Origin: a virus
Taxonomy: Duplodnaviria; Caudoviricetes
Strand: one strand, 5' to 3'
Virus record (IMG/VR): IMGVR_UViG_3300012940_000037
Location: 1-46,909 of that record
Length of the DNA: 46,909 nt
Each line of letters opens with the position of its first letter. The stretch's first letter is position 1. Under the pieces are notes generated by a model. The model was not told where the DNA came from and searched no databases. It saw only the letters and a program-made list of their open reading frames with translations. Both the position numbers and the translations under genes were made by a program. Positions 7,649-17,201 of this stretch are shown piece by piece.

Positions 7649-10600
7649 GCTGGCTTGACCGCTTCTCCGTCGCTTCCGCGGCCTTCGGCTCCGCCTGGGG
7701 CGCAGCCCTTGACCTAGCGACGAGTCCCTTCGATGACGATGAAGAGTCGTTCACGGAGATCGTTTCGAACATCGGCAAGCTTGGCCTGTCGAGCATCAAC
7801 GCGGTCGCGCAGGTGGGGCTAGGTGTCGGCGGTGGCCTGCTAGAGGGCGCCTCGTGGCTTTCCGAGAATGTCGTGCTGGAACCGCTGTCTACAGCGGTGA
7901 CCGCGACGAGTCTCGCCGATTCGGACACCTGGCTTCAGCAAAACGGGTTGAACCGCTGGAACGCCTTGTTCGATTCACGCACCTGGTCTAAGGCGCGCGG
8001 CGTCGCGGACGTTCGTTCGTTCGGTCAGTCTGTTGTCGCCATGTTCGTTACCGATGACGTTGTTGCGGAAGAACAGGAATTCGAGCGGCTCAAAGACTCG
8101 TTCGTCTTCAACGCAGTCAGCGGCACGATCGATGCCGCCGCTAACATTTTCTTGGACCCTACGATCGTGGGCGGCAAAGTGGTTGCCGCCGGCAAGGCTG
8201 TCAAACGGGGTTTCGGCGCCGGCCACCGGGCCGGCGACCCTTGGCTGCAACGACAGATCGCCAAGCGGACTAACATCGGCGTTGGCGATATCGACCCATG
8301 GGACTACGCGCAGAGCAAAGCGGTTGACGACTTCCTGGATTGGGCGCAGAACAAGACCGGACGCCAGATCGCCAATCACGAGGCTGTCAAAAAGAGCGCT
8401 TACCCGTCTGTGATCGCCGGTCTTCTCCAGGAGACCGATAAAGAGACCGGTCGGCTCATCATCGCTCACGCCTACGGCTCGCCGAAGGCTTTCGAAGAGC
8501 TTGCCAAGCGCCGTGACGATCTGGCGTTCCGCCTCGCCCGCGCAGACAATCAAGTCAACTTCGCTCTTCAGTACGAGGTGTCGCGGTCATGGCGTGACAG
8601 GTTGCCGGTTCCGCCTATTCGGCGCGTCACGAAGCCGAAGGAGCCCGAACCCGAGCAGCTTCCCCTTTTCGACATTGGGGCTTTCCCCGAAGGGAAGGTC
8701 GGCGAGAAGGCGAAGAGCGGAGGCGTTGACGAGCCCGAGGGCCTGGAGCCCGCCGCGGGTTTTGGTGGCCTTCCTGCCGGCAAGCAGTTCGCCTATCCCA
8801 GCATCGTCGGCAACCTGCCGAAAACGGTCAAGGGCCAGTACTTCATCGCGCCGAAGACTGCCGCCGAGGGCGGCCCATACTGGATGAAGGGGCCAGTTGA
8901 TGCCGACAGCATCAAAGAAATGGTCCCGTACTTCAACTCCCGGGCGAAAGCGAAAGCCTTCCGGGAATGGGAGCAGCTTTCGATTCCTGGCCTGCCGGCC
9001 AAGGACGAGCAGTGGAAGGCCGCTAAGTCGTGGCGTCAGCACAATACGACGCTAGGTCAAACGGTTGATGATTGGGACGAGTCCATGAGCATGCGCGTCA
9101 TGCCGTGGGATCGCCAGGCGACCAAATGGTTTTTGTCGTATCAGCGGGAGCTGTCGCAGAAGTACGGCAAAGAACTCGACTTGCTGAACGCTGCCGTTGG
9201 TAGCGGCGGCGAGAGCCGCGGCGTATGGAACGCCATGATCGGCCAGGTGATCGAGCCTGGGAACAGACAACTAATGAAGGCCGATCGGACGCTCGCCTAC
9301 GATTGGGAAACCCGTTCCGGTGTCGCCGAGAGGATTATCCAGCCGAAGGGCTTCGGCCTCCCGGTGCGGGTGATTCAGGCGGTGCCGTGGCACGTGGCCC
9401 GCGCTTTCACGGAGAAGCGCCCGCCTTCGTGGATTGACCCGAACCGAGGCGACTCTCACGCGGCTTTCGCCGCGTACCTGAACAGCGCTGACATTATCGA
9501 CCCGCACGAGAAGGACCAGCTTCTACGCCGTTACATGGCTGCGTTCGACCCGACCGACAAAAAGGAACTACTCGTTCGTGTCGAGGCTACGGCTATCCGC
9601 AACATGGCGACCAAGTATGGTCTTTCCGAGGAGGCTGCGGCGGCTATAGCGCAGCGTTCTATCAGCGAGCGGAACAGCGTGGTTCAGCAGTTGCGTAAGC
9701 AACAGCCGAACCGGTACGCGGCTGATGTGGCGGTGACGAAGGAGCGCTTCCCGTGGGAAGACTATCCGATCGATGATGACCTGATTCCGGTCACGGCCCC
9801 GATCCTGGAGACGCAGGAAGTCAACTCTATCCCGCTGATGGATCTTCAACGGTATGAGCGCGTGTTGAAGGCTAACGCGAAGACGCTGCGGGCTTTCGAC
9901 CGCGGCGCGGCGAACATCGGCGAATTCATGGACCGCGCCTATGACGTGTTCAACCCGTTGTGGTCCTTCTCCGTCTTGATGCGTTTCGGGTACACGATCC
10001 GGACGCTGACCGATGACATGCTGCGCATTTGGGCGTCTCTCGGCGCGATGAGCATCATGGGCAATGTCCATGCCGGCTTGAAGAACATGCTGACCGAAGA
10101 CGGCCAGTCCTGGCGGACCTTTGACCCGTCGAAGGGCGCGCTCGGCCAGCGTGCACGCAACATCCGTACCGGCCTCGCTCGCTCGTATCTGGGTGCCGCT
10201 GCCGCGGCCAGCCCTAAGGACGTGGCGAAGGTGCTGCGTGCCGAGGTTGATCGGATGGGGCGTGACATCGAATCCGTCCGGAAGATCACCGATCTCGGTT
10301 GGACGTACCGAGGCAGGAAGTTCGAAGCCCCTTATGGGGGCAGGGCCGGCGTCTACCGGCAGGTAGTTGGCGCCACCCATGAGGCCATCGCCAGAACGTC
10401 AGCACAGATCATCGAGCAGCTTCGCAGCGACTACGCGCATTGGGACGTGGTCAACCCTGGCGATGCGAACCATCTCGATTCGTGGGTGTACGCGGTCAAC
10501 AACCAGATCGCACAGAGCGCCATCGGCAAGAGGTTCCTTGAAGGCTGGACGGGTGAGCAGGTAGAGCGCTGGCTTCGCACGTCGGCGGAGGGCCACGCTG

Positions 10601-12642
10601 TTCGGAAGAAGATCGGCACTGCCGGCCGCGACCCTGAGCGGCTCGCCGGCACAGTGCAAGCCGTAGTCGATCAGTATGTTCCGATCCTTCGTGACGCTGA
10701 CGATCCGATGCTTCTCCGCCGCCTGGCGCTCGAAGGCAAGCTCGACGCGAAGACGCTAGAGCAGGTGTTCCCCAACCCCGTTGATCGACCTCAAGTTCAC
10801 GGGCCGACGATCGACGACAACCTTTACATGGGTCCGTTGACGAAGTTCCGCGACTCGATCGTCTCGACTGGTTTCAAGTGGCTGTCGCAGATCCCGTCAG
10901 ACAAGCTCATGCGTCACCCCACGTTCCGCACGCTCTACCAGGACAGCATTCGCCGGCAGTACGACAACCTTCGTCGCCTCCGCGACGATGACCTGATCAC
11001 GGGCGATGACCTGAAGGCGATGGAGCACACGGCGCGCGAGTCCGCGCTGAAGGGCGTGCAAGACCTGCTCTATGACGTGTCCACGAAGTCGAACGCCGCG
11101 CACATGGCGCGGTTCGTAACGAGCTTTTTCAGCGCGTGGGAAGACAGCATCAGCAAATGGAGCCGGCTTGCCATGGACAAGCCGCAGTTGCTCTTCATCG
11201 GGACGAAGATCTACGAAGCCCCGAATGAGATGAACTTCGGGATGACGACCGACCCGGACGGCAACAGGGTCCCGCGGGTTCAGGTCGTGGATGAAGACGG
11301 GAACGTTGTCAAGCCTGAAGACTCTACGGTTGACGGCAACGAACGCATCGTTCTCCGCCTCCCTGAGTGGGCTAAGAAAGTCATCCCCGGCGCCGAGGAT
11401 CTCGGCCCGCTGCCGATTCCGAAAGAATCGCTCAACCTCATTTTGCAGGGCAATCCGTGGTGGCTGCCGGGCGCCGGCCCATTGGTGCAGGTGCCTATCG
11501 GCGCCATCGCCAAGGACCAGCCGACCATCAAGGAAGTGTACGAGTGGGCGACACCGTACGGTGCGCCCGATATTGCCGATGTGATGCTGCCGGGATGGTT
11601 GAAGCAATCCCTGAAGGCGAACGCCGGCCTCGACGATCCCACGTATGCGAACCAGTACACGCAAATCCTTCTCACGGAGGAGTACCGGATTCGGAAGGGT
11701 GAGCGTACTCGACCCGGACCCGTCCAGTTTGAGAAGGAGATCAGGGCGCGCACTGACGCCGCCTTCAAGGTCCGCTCTTACGTGCGGTTCTTCGCGCCGT
11801 TCACGGCAGATTTTCAGAGCCCGTATCAGTTCTATATCGACCAGTACAGGAAACTTGCGGAGGCGCACGGCGACGAAGCCGACGAGCGTTTCTACGAGGT
11901 TTACGGCGACGACCTGTACCTGTTCACTACAGCGCTGAGCAAGAGCAACACCGGTATCCGCGCGACGGATACCGCCTATCTGGCTACAAAGAAATACGCT
12001 GACCTGATCGCAGCCAACCCGGAGTATGGGGCTCTCATCATCGGCCCTGACCTGAATAAGGGTGGCTTCAATCAGTACGTTCACGAGGCGCAGTTCTCTC
12101 AGATTGTTCAGCCTGGTACGGGCTTGACCTCGCGTGAGCATCGCACGCCTTTGCAGGCGCTCGCGGACAATGACCGCAAGCTGGGCTGGATGAAGTTTCA
12201 GCGCTATATGGGCATCGTGACGAACATGGAAACGTCAGGCCGGTACTCGCGTGACCAGATCGCCGCCGCTCGGCGGGCGATCGTGGAGTTCATCGGCGAG
12301 GACAACGAAGCCTGGCTTGATGATTACCAGAACACGGATAGGGCGAAGATTCCGAACCGTATCGCCTTTTTCGAAGATCTGGTGAGAGAGCCAAAGCTGA
12401 TCAATGATCCGATGCGGACTGACCTTCGCGTGCTGGCCGAATATCTGGCGGTGCGGCGCAGCTACGTGGATCACTTGGCCGCGCTCAAAAAGGCCGGCCG
12501 CGCTAGCACGCTGACCGCTCGTGAGAATGCTGGGCTGGCGGATCAGTGGAGGCGCATACAGGATGCTTTTGCTGGATCGGATACCAGGTTCGGGGATCTC
12601 TTCTGGCGGTATCTTTCGCACGATGAATTGCAGGTAGCCTAA
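7645..12642 (+). CDS. Very large (1665 aa) putative internal virion/ejection protein
   Basis: Size and position; helical-looking; no tape-measure context. Confidence 0.65.
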   Translation: MSWLDRFSVASAAFGSAWGAALDLATSPFDDDEESFTEIVSNIGKLGLSSINAVAQVGLGVGGGLLEGASWLSENVVLEPLSTAVTATSLADSDTWLQQNGLNRWNALFDSRTWSKARGVADVRSFGQSVVAMFVTDDVVAEEQEFERLKDSFVFNAVSGTIDAAANIFLDPTIVGGKVVAAGKAVKRGFGAGHRAGDPWLQRQIAKRTNIGVGDIDPWDYAQSKAVDDFLDWAQNKTGRQIANHEAVKKSAYPSVIAGLLQETDKETGRLIIAHAYGSPKAFEELAKRRDDLAFRLARADNQVNFALQYEVSRSWRDRLPVPPIRRVTKPKEPEPEQLPLFDIGAFPEGKVGEKAKSGGVDEPEGLEPAAGFGGLPAGKQFAYPSIVGNLPKTVKGQYFIAPKTAAEGGPYWMKGPVDADSIKEMVPYFNSRAKAKAFREWEQLSIPGLPAKDEQWKAAKSWRQHNTTLGQTVDDWDESMSMRVMPWDRQATKWFLSYQRELSQKYGKELDLLNAAVGSGGESRGVWNAMIGQVIEPGNRQLMKADRTLAYDWETRSGVAERIIQPKGFGLPVRVIQAVPWHVARAFTEKRPPSWIDPNRGDSHAAFAAYLNSADIIDPHEKDQLLRRYMAAFDPTDKKELLVRVEATAIRNMATKYGLSEEAAAAIAQRSISERNSVVQQLRKQQPNRYAADVAVTKERFPWEDYPIDDDLIPVTAPILETQEVNSIPLMDLQRYERVLKANAKTLRAFDRGAANIGEFMDRAYDVFNPLWSFSVLMRFGYTIRTLTDDMLRIWASLGAMSIMGNVHAGLKNMLTEDGQSWRTFDPSKGALGQRARNIRTGLARSYLGAAAAASPKDVAKVLRAEVDRMGRDIESVRKITDLGWTYRGRKFEAPYGGRAGVYRQVVGATHEAIARTSAQIIEQLRSDYAHWDVVNPGDANHLDSWVYAVNNQIAQSAIGKRFLEGWTGEQVERWLRTSAEGHAVRKKIGTAGRDPERLAGTVQAVVDQYVPILRDADDPMLLRRLALEGKLDAKTLEQVFPNPVDRPQVHGPTIDDNLYMGPLTKFRDSIVSTGFKWLSQIPSDKLMRHPTFRTLYQDSIRRQYDNLRRLRDDDLITGDDLKAMEHTARESALKGVQDLLYDVSTKSNAAHMARFVTSFFSAWEDSISKWSRLAMDKPQLLFIGTKIYEAPNEMNFGMTTDPDGNRVPRVQVVDEDGNVVKPEDSTVDGNERIVLRLPEWAKKVIPGAEDLGPLPIPKESLNLILQGNPWWLPGAGPLVQVPIGAIAKDQPTIKEVYEWATPYGAPDIADVMLPGWLKQSLKANAGLDDPTYANQYTQILLTEEYRIRKGERTRPGPVQFEKEIRARTDAAFKVRSYVRFFAPFTADFQSPYQFYIDQYRKLAEAHGDEADERFYEVYGDDLYLFTTALSKSNTGIRATDTAYLATKKYADLIAANPEYGALIIGPDLNKGGFNQYVHEAQFSQIVQPGTGLTSREHRTPLQALADNDRKLGWMKFQRYMGIVTNMETSGRYSRDQIAAARRAIVEFIGEDNEAWLDDYQNTDRAKIPNRIAFFEDLVREPKLINDPMRTDLRVLAEYLAVRRSYVDHLAALKKAGRASTLTARENAGLADQWRRIQDAFAGSDTRFGDLFWRYLSHDELQVA

Positions 12643-13643
12643 TGGCTGACGATTGGTGGAGTGACTTCCTGGCTCGGCTCTTCGGGGCTGAGTCCGCATG
12701 GGCGCAGTCCGCGCAGGCGCGCGGCAGGGCCGGCATGGATCTAGGGGCTCGGATCAACGCTGAGTTGCAGCGTCAGGAGTCGATTGCTTCGACTGCTGCC
12801 AGTCCGACGCCTACGCCGCAGGCGACTGGACAGCAGCAGCAACAGCAGCGCAATCCGAACGCTCGTGACGATGAGGCCGCGGCCGCGCGCGCCCGCGATA
12901 GCGCGCTCGGCGTGCCGGCGATGAGTGACCTGTATGGGACCGTGCCGCAAGGCAAGGTCTACATGGGCAACAAGCGCGTCATGCGCGGCCAGAACCTACA
13001 GAACTCGCCTGTTCTGGAGGATATCGGCGAGGTGATCGCGCAGGTTAACGAGTGGTCGCCTAAGAAAATCAAAAAATTCAATGAGCTTGCGATCGATGCC
13101 GGCTACCTGAAGGAGCCGACGAAGAATCTCGACGAGATTGAACGCATCTGGTCTGCGCTGGCTATCCGCTCGGCGAAGATGTGGGAACGCCAAATCGGCT
13201 TGACGCCGTGGCAGATCCTTGAACGGTACGGCGCCCGCGGAACGGGCGACGACGCCGGCCGCGCTAGCGGCCCGGTGACGACGACGACCGTCAACCGCAC
13301 GATCAACCTGACGAGCCCTCGTGATGCGAATGCTCTGGTTGACGCTGCCCTTCAGCAGCGCCTAGGTCGGTCTCCTACCGACAAGGAAAAGAAAGATTTC
13401 TTGGCCGCGCTTCGCGAGGCCGAGAAGAAAGAGCCCTCGATCACGAAGACGACGACCACGACGACCGGCAGCGGCACAGAGAGCGTGTCTTCTACGTCGA
13501 ACACGGAAACGTCTGGTGGCGTGGACACGAGCAACTTCGCCCGTGAGTGGGCGCTGCAACACAATAAAGACGAGGCGGGCAGCTATCAAGCGCTGGCGTA
13601 TTACATGCCTCTCTTCTATCAAGCACTTGAAAGTCCTGTCTGA
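12642..13643 (+). CDS. Putative internal virion protein
   Basis: TAATG coupling; Thr-rich segments. Confidence 0.65.
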   Translation: MADDWWSDFLARLFGAESAWAQSAQARGRAGMDLGARINAELQRQESIASTAASPTPTPQATGQQQQQQRNPNARDDEAAAARARDSALGVPAMSDLYGTVPQGKVYMGNKRVMRGQNLQNSPVLEDIGEVIAQVNEWSPKKIKKFNELAIDAGYLKEPTKNLDEIERIWSALAIRSAKMWERQIGLTPWQILERYGARGTGDDAGRASGPVTTTTVNRTINLTSPRDANALVDAALQQRLGRSPTDKEKKDFLAALREAEKKEPSITKTTTTTTGSGTESVSSTSNTETSGGVDTSNFAREWALQHNKDEAGSYQALAYYMPLFYQALESPV

Positions 13644-14278
13644 TGCCGTGGCCACCTACTGAGGCCACCGATTTTCAAATCCCTATCGAGTGGCAGCTTA
13701 GCGCCGGCTCGACGCCAGGGCTCGAATCCGATCAGCTTGTTGGCACTGAGTCAACGTCTCTTCTCGACGCATCGACGGGCGCCATGGCGCCCAATGCACT
13801 GAATGTCTACGACAATCCGCTTGACATTCTGGAGCAGATCGAGCAGCAGCAGAAGGCGCAGCGCCAGGCACTCGCCCCTGAAGGTGCCGAGGGTAAGCGA
13901 CAGCAGGTTATCGAGCTGGCGAAGCAGAAGCTCGGAATGAACTATGTGTGGGGTGGCGAGTCCGACGCGGAGGGCGGCTACGACTGTAGCGGCCTTCTCT
14001 GGTGGGCTTTCAAGGAAGCCGGCATTTCCATGCCTCGTGTGAGCATGGCGCAAGCGGAGCGCGGCAAGCGCGTCCCGATCAGTGAGCTGAAGCCGGGCGA
14101 CCTGGTGGCATGGGAGAACAACCCCGCGCAGAGGGGCGCCGATCATATCGCCCTCTATCTAGGGGATGGCCAGATTCTTGAGGCGCCTCGCACCGGCTTG
14201 AAGGTTCGTATTCGTAAGCTCTCGTCGGCTGAGCTGCAAAACCTGTCCCGTACGTGGGGCGTTAAGCTGGATTACTAG
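13643..14278 (+). CDS. NlpC/P60 peptidoglycan endopeptidase (probably virion-associated)
   Basis: YVWGG..GYDCSGL, LKPGDLV, HIALYLGDG..LEAP. Confidence 0.9.
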   Translation: MPWPPTEATDFQIPIEWQLSAGSTPGLESDQLVGTESTSLLDASTGAMAPNALNVYDNPLDILEQIEQQQKAQRQALAPEGAEGKRQQVIELAKQKLGMNYVWGGESDAEGGYDCSGLLWWAFKEAGISMPRVSMAQAERGKRVPISELKPGDLVAWENNPAQRGADHIALYLGDGQILEAPRTGLKVRIRKLSSAELQNLSRTWGVKLDY

Positions 14279-15141
14279 TGGCAAAGACACAACAACAGTG
14301 GGCCGACTATTACGGCTGGGCGCTGTCGCTTCTGAAGTCCGACAAGTCTCTTTGGGATCTTTTTCAGAAGGCGATCAAGGGCAATTGGACTGCCCAAAAG
14401 TTTGTCTCTGAGCTGAAGAAAACTTCGTGGTATCAGAAAAATTCGGAGCAGGCTCGCAAGACGCTCGCCCTGAAGCACACTGACCCTGAAGAGTGGCGGG
14501 CTCGTGTTCGCACGATCTTCCAGGAGATTCAGGGCTTGGCCGGCCAGATGGGCGTGCGTAACGTCAACTGGCAAGTCTATTGGGACATGGCCGAGGACGC
14601 TCTGATGTTCGGCTGGTCGAACGCGAAGCTGAAGCAGGAGATCGCCAAGCATCTTTCCAGCAAGGGCGGCACTTACGGCGGTGACGCCGAGAACGCCCGT
14701 CAGCAACTTGAACAGTACGCGTTCAGCATGGGCATCAAGCTTGATTCTGGCGTGATGCACGGCTGGTTGAAAGGCATCATCAACGGCACCAGGACCCTTG
14801 ACGACTACAAGGGCTGGATCATGAAGCAAGCCATGAGCGCCTTCCCGGCGCTGGCTGAACAGATCAAGGGTGGCCTGTCTGTCCGCGATATCGCGGACCC
14901 GTACATGTCGGCGATGGGCCGCATTTTGGAGATCAACGCCGAACAGCTCTCCCTCGACGACCCGATTATCCGGGGCGCTTTGACGATGACCGGCCAGGAC
15001 GGGAAGCAGGCGTTGAAGCCGCTGTGGCAGTTCGAGAATGAGCTTCGCAAAGATCCGAGATGGTTGAAGACGAACAACGCGAGGCAGTCTTTGAATAGCA
15101 CGGCCCGGACGATCGGCCAAATGTTCGGGGTGAGCATCTAA
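14278..15141 (+). CDS. Putative internal virion protein
   Basis: Coupled ORF; LRKDPRW motif. Confidence 0.65.
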   Translation: MAKTQQQWADYYGWALSLLKSDKSLWDLFQKAIKGNWTAQKFVSELKKTSWYQKNSEQARKTLALKHTDPEEWRARVRTIFQEIQGLAGQMGVRNVNWQVYWDMAEDALMFGWSNAKLKQEIAKHLSSKGGTYGGDAENARQQLEQYAFSMGIKLDSGVMHGWLKGIINGTRTLDDYKGWIMKQAMSAFPALAEQIKGGLSVRDIADPYMSAMGRILEINAEQLSLDDPIIRGALTMTGQDGKQALKPLWQFENELRKDPRWLKTNNARQSLNSTARTIGQMFGVSI

Positions 15142-16280
15142 TGCCGTACGTATTCAATCCTTACACTTACTCGTACGTCTACTATCCCGAAGGCAGCCCG
15201 CCTCCGAAGTTCGACATGAGCGGCGAGGAATACATCCCTGGCTTTGCCGAGTCTTACGCACAGTCCAACCCGAACAGCCCGTACGCGCAGGCGACTGAGG
15301 GCATGGTGTCGGGCGACTACGGCAGCAACACAGGCACCATCTTCGGGCAGACGAACCCGCCGATCGTTTCGGTTCATGGCGGCCCGTCCTACGATGAGTC
15401 GGTTTTCGGGTCGAGCGCTGCGGCGCCCAGCGCGACGAGCACGCCCGCTGCGGGCGATGTCAACAACGAGCAGCGGAACGCTTACGAGTACCTGTCGCGA
15501 ACCCTGGAGGGTTGGGGTCTCGGCACTCTTGCCCCGAAGATTCTGGAGTATATCCAGCAAGGGTACGACGCTGACACGATCATGCTGATGATCCAGGATA
15601 CTCCGGAGTATCAGCAGCGTTTCGCCGGCAACGAGCTTCGGAAGAAGGCCGGCCTGCCGGTCCTGAATCCCGCCGAATACCTGGCGTTGGAGCGCCAGTA
15701 TCGTCAGATCATGTCGGCTGCCGGCTTGCCTGAGGGCTTCTATGACAGCTATGACGACTTCACGGGTTGGATCAGCGGCGACGTGTCGCCGGCTGAGATC
15801 CAAGAGCGCGTTTCGCTCGCGTCAACGGCCCTGTATTCGAGCGACAGCTACTATCTCCAGACTTTGAAGAGCTACGGCCTCGGAGATGGTGACCTGGTCG
15901 CCTACATGCTGGATCAAAACAAGGCTCTACCCCTTCTGCAAAAGCAGGTGAGGGCTGCGCAGGTGGGCGCCGAGGCGGCGCGCAACTCGCTCGGTATCAC
16001 GCAGGCGAGGGCGGAATACTTCGCCGATCTGGGAGTTTCGGGCGAGCAGGCTCGCGGGGCTTACCAGACGATCGGGGAAAATCTGCCGGCCGCGGAGCGG
16101 CTTGGCTCGCTCTATGGCGAGTCGTTCGGCCAACAGGATTTGGAAGACGAACTTCTCGGCGGTAGCGGTTTGGCTTCCGCCAAGCGGAAGCGCTTGACGA
16201 CCAAAGAGGTTTCCCGGTTCTCCGGAAGGTCCGGAGTGGGTGACAAGGCGATGGCTCGACGGAGCCGCGCCGAATACTAA
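15141..16280 (+). CDS. Putative internal virion protein
   Basis: YQQRFAGN..R.KAGL..L.PAEYL..E motif; last gene before the scaffold region. Confidence 0.7.
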   Translation: MPYVFNPYTYSYVYYPEGSPPPKFDMSGEEYIPGFAESYAQSNPNSPYAQATEGMVSGDYGSNTGTIFGQTNPPIVSVHGGPSYDESVFGSSAAAPSATSTPAAGDVNNEQRNAYEYLSRTLEGWGLGTLAPKILEYIQQGYDADTIMLMIQDTPEYQQRFAGNELRKKAGLPVLNPAEYLALERQYRQIMSAAGLPEGFYDSYDDFTGWISGDVSPAEIQERVSLASTALYSSDSYYLQTLKSYGLGDGDLVAYMLDQNKALPLLQKQVRAAQVGAEAARNSLGITQARAEYFADLGVSGEQARGAYQTIGENLPAAERLGSLYGESFGQQDLEDELLGGSGLASAKRKRLTTKEVSRFSGRSGVGDKAMARRSRAEY

Positions 16281-16296
16281 TTGAGGGTATTGATCA

Positions 16297-16602
16297 ATGT
16301 CTCATGTTTCTAGTGTTAACGAGCTGTCGGGCAATCTGACCGCGGCTGATGTCTTTGCGAGCGTGCCGTCTGGCTCTAATCAGCGGATGGGTACGGCGAC
16401 TCTGGTCGCCGGCACGGCGACCGTGAACAACAGCCTTGTCACTGACGACAGCGTGATCCTTCTGACCGATCAGGACGGCGGGGGCACCGAGGGCTTCCTT
16501 GTGGTGTCGGCCCGGACTGCGGGCACGAGCTTCACGATCACCAGTTCCAGCAACACGCATACCGGCAAGGTCGGGTGGCTGATCTTGGAGCCTGCCGCCT
16601 AG
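16297..16602 (+). CDS. Small beta-rich structural protein
   Basis: GTATLVAGTATV..GTSFTITSS; GAGGG RBS. Confidence 0.65.
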   Translation: MSHVSSVNELSGNLTAADVFASVPSGSNQRMGTATLVAGTATVNNSLVTDDSVILLTDQDGGGTEGFLVVSARTAGTSFTITSSSNTHTGKVGWLILEPAA

Positions 16603-16638
16603 CAGCTACACCACCCCTTCCCTTGTGGTCGGGGTCTC

Positions 16639-16710
16639 GTGTCCTTAGCTCAAGAGGTAGAGCGCCGGCGTGAAGTGTCGGGGGTCCGGGTTCGAGTCCT
16701 GGGGGACGCA
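16639..16710 (+). tRNA. tRNA-Phe(GAA), non-canonical anticodon loop
   Basis: Cloverleaf: GTGTCCT/GGGACGC, GCTC/GAGC, CCGGC-GTGAAGT-GTCGG, CCGGG-TTCGAGT-CCTGG; no encoded CCA. Confidence 0.75.
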
Positions 16711-16741
16711 CGGAGCGGGGACCTTGGTTCCCGCTACCCAG

Positions 16742-16815
16742 AGCGGGTTAGAGCAGTCTGGTAGCTTGCCGGCCTCATAAGCCGGAGGTCGCGGGTTCGA
16801 ATCCCGCACCCGCTA
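16742..16815 (+). tRNA. tRNA-Met(CAT), initiator-like
   Basis: AGCGGGT/ACCCGCT, GAGC/GCTT (A11-U24), CCGGC-CTCATAA-GCCGG, GCGGG-TTCGAAT-CCCGC. Confidence 0.9.
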
Positions 16816-16989
16816 CAAGGTAAGAGTGCCACGCGTGATAACGACAGCGTTCGGCGGAACGCTTGGGTCCGCATACTCGTCTCGGCTCATGACAGCCGAG
16901 ACGTCATACAAGCACTCTTGCCCCGTTATGAAAGCTTCGGCTTCGGGGTCGTGCTTGCTTAGCGCTTCGATCAGTTGAGCGATCTTCAT
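16813..16989 (-). CDS. Hypothetical protein (MKIAQLIEALSKHDPEAE..., 58 aa), antisense within the tRNA cluster
   Basis: The MK..QLIE.L...DP.A N-terminus is common in small phage proteins. Confidence 0.55.
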   Translation of the reverse strand: MKIAQLIEALSKHDPEAEAFITGQECLYDVSAVMSRDEYADPSVPPNAVVITRGTLTL

Positions 16990-17006
16990 AGTGAAAGAGT
17001 ACACCT

Positions 17007-17077
17007 TCCCTGTTCGTCCAACGGCAGGACGCGCGGCTTTGGACCGCGTAATGGGAGTTCGAATCTCTCGCAGGGAG
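17007..17077 (+). tRNA. tRNA-Gln(TTG)
   Basis: TCCCTGT/GCAGGGA, GTCC/GGAC, CGCGG-CTTTGGA-CCGCG, GGGAG-TTCGAAT-CTCTC. Confidence 0.9.
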
Positions 17078-17080
17078 CCC

Positions 17081-17171
17081 CATGAAGGGATCGACCGGCC
17101 CGCCTTCGTGAGTACCTAAGTCCGGTAGCAGGAGCCATCCAATGACGCCCCATCGGCGGATGTGGCCTGCG
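17081..17171 (+). ncRNA. Putative pseudoknot-plus-hairpin leader upstream of the scaffold gene
   Basis: CATGAAGG/CCTTCGTG stem; loop ACCGG pairs with downstream CCGGT; then GCAG-GCCA-TCC/GGA-TGGC-CTGC. Confidence 0.55.
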
Positions 17172-17201
17172 CTTTTCATAGTAACGATATTGGGAGTATT
17201 T

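Noticed and set aside
8461-8471. ATCGCTCACGC inside the 1665-aa gene, and 8-mers GCGTGAGC near 6713, 12132, 22013 and 37202
   Set aside because: They lie in coding sequence or stop/start overlaps without the flanking consensus, and are compatible with chance in high-GC DNA.
10897-12141. Long antisense ORFs (also 23545-24903, 17740-18816 and others)
   Set aside because: These are shadow ORFs of high-GC codon usage opposite well-supported genes.
7645-12642. Tape measure protein or virion RNA polymerase
   Set aside because: There are no tail tube or chaperone genes, and I recognised no polymerase catalytic motifs; left as a putative internal virion protein.
17142-17201. Signal-peptide-like N-terminus on the scaffold protein
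   Set aside because: The RBS precedes the GTG at 17202; the upstream codons overlap the structured leader.
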